The notes beneath the pieces were generated by a model that was given only the letters and a program-made list of their open reading frames with translations, searched no databases and was not told the origin of the DNA. From positions 303,056,001-303,120,000 of the forward strand of contig OZ024741.1 of the NCBI GenBank assembly GCA_964016885.1: DNA of 64,000 nucleotides, written 5' to 3'. Numbering within the stretch: position 1 is the first letter of the stretch; each line of letters opens with the position of its first letter. The DNA comes from Eledone cirrhosa (taxonomy: Eukaryota). This document shows positions 57,946 to 64,000 of the stretch, one piece after another. Both the position numbers and the translations under genes were made by a program.

Positions 57946-58518
57946 GTAGAACGATTATTGTCGCGGGTGGGACCAATTCGGTTGACCACCGAGTCCATTG
58001 TCATGATCAAACCGCCACCCTCCTTCAAAAACGAAGGAGATGCGGTTTTCCTTTGTGTGATAGCTATGGCGAAAGAGGTTGTATGGTGGACAAGGTTGAA
58101 AGGGCTGAGGTCAGACACCTTTCTCTCCGACCAACAACTGATTCTTTTTTTCAAATACCACTTTGGAAGAAGAATCAGGATGGAGAGAGGGGTGCTGTAC
58201 CCCAGCAAGTTTTATGAAAGGTGGGTGAAAGTGGCGAGAATGGCCCGAGTGAATGGGCCTTCTCTCTATATCAGCCTGTAGGTTGAGGAAAAAGAGGAGG
58301 AGAGGAAAGGGGTACAAACTCTTCGTACTCCTGGAGATGAGGGTTGCACATTTTTTTCGGGGGTATGTGTTACCCATATGTAATGTCTCCCCCTAATGGG
58401 GAAATCCACTAATTTTTAAATTGCATTTGTGATAATATTTTACACGTTTTTATTTTATGTAAACTTCCCTCTTTGTATTTGTTCCCTTCTTTTGTGCCCC
58501 TGTGGCTAATAAAGAAAC
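57946..58518 (+). mobile_element. Tx1-clade LINE 3' fragment, tandem with the previous one
   Basis: VERLLSRVGPIRLTTESIV...ARVNGPSLYISL*. TATC-like repeats on both sides. Confidence 0.92.
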
Positions 58519-58778
58519 ATATCTATAACTATCTATTTATAAATTTATCTATCTTATGAAAAGAAGAACAACAAAGTCACCTACCGACCGTCAACAATGC
58601 TGTTGCTATTGTTGTTATTACCTATGATAGTTGTTGTTCGTGTTTTTATTATACCCCCACAAGCACACACATATATTTAAACTAGAGGTTTGACCTAACT
58701 CTGGACTACCAGCTATTTCAAGACGAAAACTTGTATAAGTCAAAAACTCCATTTTACGAAAAGAATAGATAGATATAT

Positions 58779-59243
58779 TTCTTTATTTGCCACAAGGGCG
58801 CACAAGAAATGGGGACAATACAAAGACACATGCCGGGGATTTTATATACAGTCGTGTAAAAATATTATTAAAACAAATAAATTTAACAATCGAAATCCCC
58901 AATAAGGGGGAGGCGTTACAAATGGGTTGTTTTATACCCCGTCGATAGAACAACCCTCAACTCCAGGAGCGTGTTGTGCAAGGGCTCCTTTCTTCATTTT
59001 GCTCTCTCATTCAACCTACAGGTTTATATACAGAGAAGGCCCAATCACTCGAGCCATTTTTGCTACATTCACCCACTTTTCAGTAAATTTACTGGGGTGC
59101 AGTGCCTCTCTCTCCACCCTGATTCGCCTTCTAAAGTGGTACCTAAAGAAGGGAATGAGTTGTTGTCCAGAGAGAAAGGCATTTGTCCTCAGTCCTCTCA
59201 ATCTCGTCCATAATATAATCTCTTTTACCATAGCCACTATACA
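58779..59243 (-). mobile_element. Tx1-clade LINE 3' fragment, second subfamily
   Basis: AMVKEIILWTRLRGLRTNAFLSGQQL...GPSLYINL*. Ends AATAAAGAAATATATCTATCTA. Confidence 0.9.
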
Positions 59244-59329
59244 ATGGAGTTTGGGGCTGTTACAAAGGGACCTGCATTGGTCGGTTCAGGTCACGCGGTG
59301 ATGTTGATAAGTCATGTGTGTGTGTGTGT

Positions 59330-59362
<33 letters not shown>

Positions 59363-59669
59363 AGTGCGTGTGAGTGTGTGTATGTGTGCGTGCGTGCGTG
59401 TGTGTGTGTGTGTGTGTGTTCATGTATGTATATATGTACGTCTGTATGAATATATATGTTTGTATATTTGCATGTGTCTAATATTTGTGAATACATGATA
59501 GGAAAGCATCTTACCATAGAAAACTTGCCATAAAAAGGGCTAGACTTTTTAGTTGTGCCAGGGATACGACAACATCCCCAGTGCTGGGGCCACAATTAAA
59601 TGCACTCTGTTAAGTGCGAAGTCAATTTCTCCAATTTAGTACTTGCTAGCATAGAAAGTGGATGTTATA

Positions 59670-59737
<68 letters not shown>

Positions 59738-59739
59738 AT

Positions 59740-59889
59740 AAAGAGGGTGTGGTAAGATACTAGTTGGACCATAACGCACCTGAGTACTCAATACTTAGGG
59801 TAGTAGAGTGGGTAATAGAAGAGTCAGGACCCCGACGGCTGAGCTCCAACCGTTTCGACAGCTAAATCCGAACCAGTCCTGACTCTTTT

Positions 59890-59893
<4 letters not shown>
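59740..59893 (-). mobile_element. Family A insert with the 3' half of a hammerhead, in (TA)n
   Basis: Reverse complement contains GTCGAAACGGTTGGAGCTCAGCCGTCGGGGTCC followed by the family A tail. Confidence 0.75.
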
Positions 59894-59953
<60 letters not shown>

Positions 59954-60379
59954 TATTGAAGTTTCCGTTGAAAATTGAAAAAGTCATAGGAGTGAAGAGT
60001 GCTCTATGTTATTATACATTATATATATATATATATAAACGGAAAAAATGAAACGGAATTTCATTTCCCACTCATATTACGGCTGTTACTTAAATATAAG
60101 TATGTACACGTACATACATATATGTATACAGACGTACAGTAGTATGTATATATATATACATACATGCACACATATATATATGTACGTATGGATTCACCAA
60201 ACATTTATTATAATGCTCGGTGTGTTTGTAAACAAACATCCCGTATTAAGCCGTAGTGTCTAGCAACCATCGTTGCTCGTTTGTTCAACACTGACAAAGG
60301 AACGCTGTACTAGTTTCAAGCTTATACGTATATACGTATATTCAAGTATATACGTTCAACAATCTGGCAGGAAGGTATA

Positions 60380-60420
60380 CGTTGCTGACGATAGCTAATA
60401 AGCTTGAAACTAGTACAGCG
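60380..60420 (+). ncRNA. Type I hammerhead ribozyme (family F, copy 1)
   Basis: CGTTG-CTGACGA-tAGCT aata AGCTt-GAAAC-TA-GTA-CAGCG, with distal pairing CTGGCA..AAGG/CCTT-TGTCAG. Predicted cleavage after A60415. Confidence 0.85.
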
Positions 60421-60801
60421 TTCCTTTGTCAGTGTTGAACAAACGAGCAACGTTGGTTGTTAGACACTACGGCTTAATACGGGATGTTTGTTTACAAACT
60501 CACCGAGCATTATAATAAATGTTTGGTGAATCCATACGTACATATATATATGTGTGCATGTATGTATATATATATATACATACTACTGTACGTCTGTATG
60601 TATATGTGATTGTACGTGTACATACTTATATTTAAGTAACAGCCGTACTAAGAGTGGGAAATGAAATTTCGTTTAATTTTTTCCGTTTATCGTTTTCGGT
60701 GCACCCGGCTGATTAACCCACTCGATATGCAAATTGGGCTACTCAGCCGTTAATATGCATAAGGTAAGTATATACGTTCAACAATCTGGCAGGAAGGTAT
60801 A

Positions 60802-60842
60802 CGTTGCTGACGATAGCTAAAAAGCTTGAAACTAGTACAGCG
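60802..60842 (+). ncRNA. Type I hammerhead ribozyme (family F, copy 2)
   Basis: Identical to copy 1 except for the helix II loop (AAAA). Predicted cleavage after A60837. Confidence 0.85.
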
Positions 60843-61046
60843 TTCCTTTGTCAGTGTTGAACAAACGAGCAACGATGGTTGCTAGACACTACGGCTTAAT
60901 ACGGGATGTTTGTTTACAAACACACCGAGCATTATAATAAATGTTTGGTGAATCCATACGTACATATATATATGTGTGCATGTATGTATATATATATACA
61001 TACTACTGTACGTCTGTATGTATATGTGTATGTACGTGTACATACT

Positions 61047-61098
<52 letters not shown>

Positions 61099-61287
61099 AT
61101 TAGTATATTTACCAACATATGCGTACAGATGTACACTAATGCTAGCAAATACATAAGTTATGTCATAGTACCTAGGTGGTTCTATGCAGGGGGATGCAGA
61201 ACAATTATATGAAAGACGTAAAATAAGAAAATTAAAAAAATTAAAAATGAACTTACTTACTAAAATTATATATATATATATATATAA

Positions 61288-61468
61288 TTTTTTCTACTTT
61301 AGGCATAAGACCAGCAATTATCCCAGTGCATTACTGGTACTTTATTTTATCGACCCCGTAAGGATGAAAGGCAAAGTCAACCTCGGCGGGATTTGAACTC
61401 AGATCGTAAAGGGACGTAACTATGCTGGGAAGCATGGCGTCCGACCCTCTACCGATACTGCCAATCCA
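61288..61468 (-). mobile_element. tRNA-derived SINE, main family, near full length
   Basis: Reverse complement is nearly colinear with 36410-36576. Confidence 0.88.
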
Positions 61469-61597
61469 ATATAATACCCTGTGATAAACAGGCGAAATTC
61501 CAAAGTAACAAGACTCACTATTTAGCCTTAATAAAATGAATATTTAAACTCTACTACGGTATCGAGTACTCTTTTCTCTCAGCCGTCAACCGCATAC

Positions 61598-61636
<39 letters not shown>

Positions 61637-61737
61637 AATTTAAGGTATCAAAATATATCAATTATGTATGATATATGTGTTTCTCAATAGAAAAGCTCTG
61701 TGTTCTCATAAGATATATGGTCCTTTCTTTCTCTCTC

Positions 61738-61772
<35 letters not shown>

Positions 61773-61939
61773 ACTCACGCGTACACTCACATACGAACGC
61801 ATGGACTTTGACTAAACTAAACCTGTTTTCTTATTAACAACTTACACAGATCACATCATCATCACTGCTCTAACACATGCTATGTATTAAGCGTTATAGA
61901 GCCTTGTTTGACAGGTCTCTAAGTCAACGGTCTATATTC

Positions 61940-62530
61940 AACACCAGCCCTCCATCACCACCAGAACCACCACCGCCGCCATCACTGCCACCACACCACT
62001 GCCATCACCGACATACCACCACTACGACTACCACGATTACCACGACCACTATAACCACCAACACCACCACCACCATTACCACAAGTACTACTAATACCAC
62101 CATCACACCACCACCACCACCATTACCACAAGCACTACTAACACCACCATCACACCACCACCACCACCACCACCACCAATACTATCACATCTACTAGACC
62201 CACCACTACTACCACCGGCACTACGATCATCACGATCACTATAACCACCACCATCACCATTAACACTACCATCACCCCACCACCACAACCACTACTATCA
62301 CCACTACCACCGCCACCGCCACGACCACCGCCAGCACCACTACCACCACGACCACTATAATCAGCACCATCACCATTACCACTACCACCACCACCAATAC
62401 CACCACTACAACCACTATTATCACCACTACTACCGCCACCACAACCACCACTACCTCTACTATCACTATTGCCACTACCACCACCAATACCACTACCACT
62501 ACCACTACCAATACCACCACCACCACCATC
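61940..62530. repeat. Degenerate (CAC/CCA)n trinucleotide repeat
   Basis: Direct reading. Confidence 0.9.
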
Positions 62531-62552
62531 TATAAACTATAATTTCCACCGC

Positions 62553-62643
<91 letters not shown>

Positions 62644-62766
62644 TTTCAACTGTTGCTGATCCATGCTTAACCCATTACATCAGCAGTTGGTCGCTTTACA
62701 ATCATTTTGTTAATGATAATACCACGTGCTTACGATTCAAATTTAATATTTCTCCTTATGTGACGG

Positions 62767-62980
62767 TGGTGGATTGGTACAATTGGTAGAGCATCGGATA
62801 ATATTCTAGTGCGCTATTTCTTCTGGCTCTTTATATTCTGAGTTCAAATCCGATCGAGGTCAACTTTGCTTTTCATCCTCCCGGGGTCGATAAAATACAG
62901 TACCAGTGACGTACTGGGGTTGAGTTAATCAACTTTACTCTTCTCCTAAATCTGCTGGCCTCGTGCCTAAATTAGAAATA
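62767..62980 (+). mobile_element. tRNA-derived SINE, main family
   Basis: TTGGTAGAGCATCGG...TTCTGAGTTCAAATCCG..GAGGTCAACTTTGCTTTTCATCCTCCCGGGGTCGATAAAATACAGTACCAGT. Confidence 0.85.
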
Positions 62981-63289
62981 TATATTTGTCATTGTTTCCT
63001 TTCTTCCTCCCTCACTTTCATTCCTTTTGACTTTCTTCTTTCCTTTCTTTTTTATTCCTTTCTCCATTTCTTCTTTCATTCATTCTTTCTCTATGAGTCA
63101 ATTAAAACTGGATCATTGGTCCACGACATGGCGACCCTTTCCTTCGTTAATGTAGCTTCTTCTTCGGTTCCCAATGCTGGACGGAGAGTATTCTGTGACG
63201 AGAGACCTCAATTCTGCATAGTTGCAAAACTTGTCACGGGTTTTCTCCGAAGCAAGGTATCTGCTTGTCGTTTTGTGTAGCAAATTTGA

Positions 63290-63670
63290 TTGATGGAGGA
63301 ATGGAGGGATCACAACTCCGATATTATGGGCATGTGGTTACAATGTTTCAGGAAAGAATCGCTGGGCAGATTTGACAGGCAAAACCAACGAGCAGGAGAC
63401 CCAGGGATAGATCCCGAGCAAGATGGTTGGATGACTACCATGAGCTTGGCTGGTCACGCTTGGGGACCCAACCGGATCCGTTGGAGACGGTTGCTTCTGA
63501 CAGGACCCGTTGGAAGGAGTTTTAGAGGGCCCTTTCCCCATGACTCTCTCAGGAACAAGTGGGAGAAGAAGAAGAAGAAGAAGAAGAAGAAGAAGAAGAA
63601 GAAGAAGAAGAAGAAGAAGAAGAAGAAGAAGAAGAAGAAGAAGAAGAAGAAGAAGAAGAAGAAGAAGAAG
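63290..63670 (+). mobile_element. RTE-like LINE 3' fragment with (GAA)n tail
   Basis: SQLRYYGHVVTMFQERIAGQI*QAKPTSRRPRDRSRARWLDDY, then (GAA)n. Homologous to 14575-14790. Confidence 0.75.
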
Positions 63671-64000
63671 CTACAATTTTACTTTCAAGTTGAAAATCAG
63701 CAATATCAGAACTGTAAGATGACAGCCTACATGTCGAAAAGATAGATTGACCGAATTGACTTTTACATCGCTTTAACGAAAGGACAAGAACTGGTGTACT
63801 CTGTATACTGGTATATACTGGTCTGGACACGATATACAACCCAACGAGAGAGCCTCTGTGGTTGCTGAATATGTTATAAATAGCTGGCACATCTTCAAAA
63901 TCTGCGTTTAAAAATGAATATATAAAGGATATATTGGATCCAGTTGTCTTACTTATTGAGGCTGTCTTACTTATTGGGGGCTTATCTGGGACACAACGAC

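Larger units (their letters stand above)
60035..61049 (+). mobile_element. Retrozyme-like array (family F): inverted partial copy + about 1.7 tandem 422-bp units
   Basis: 60344-60765 repeats from 60766 to about 61049. 60035-60323 is the reverse complement of about 60400-60690. (TA)n at both ends. Confidence 0.85.

Overview
This is AT-rich, microsatellite-saturated eukaryotic DNA with no recognisable host gene. The repeat content looks like a cephalopod (Octopus-like) genome, which is my inference. Nearly all ORFs in the track are translated microsatellites. The only real coding sequence is retrotransposon-derived: two long, divergently oriented Tx1/L1-clade LINE copies (28328-33288 minus, 36942-42658 plus), four more Tx1 3' fragments, RTE and CRE-like fragments, and a Penelope-like GIY-YIG fragment. 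Many tRNA-derived SINEs are also present. The main unannotated signal is a dense set of type I hammerhead ribozyme (HHR) motifs read by eye: about 24 intact or degenerate copies in roughly a dozen sequence families, on both strands. Most sit in short non-coding inserts in (TA)n tracts that have an 'inverted 5' copy + unique 3' tail' layout. One locus has two tandem HHRs 422 nt apart and another is a terminally redundant 319-nt unit. Both match the architecture of non-LTR retrozymes (circRNA-producing) or Penelope pLTR derivatives. A second notable point is a 39-nt GT-AG intron-like spacer that would remove the ORF1 stop and fuse ORF1 to ORF2 in frame in the Tx1 LINE. All coordinates and pairings were read manually and nothing was searched or folded computationally.
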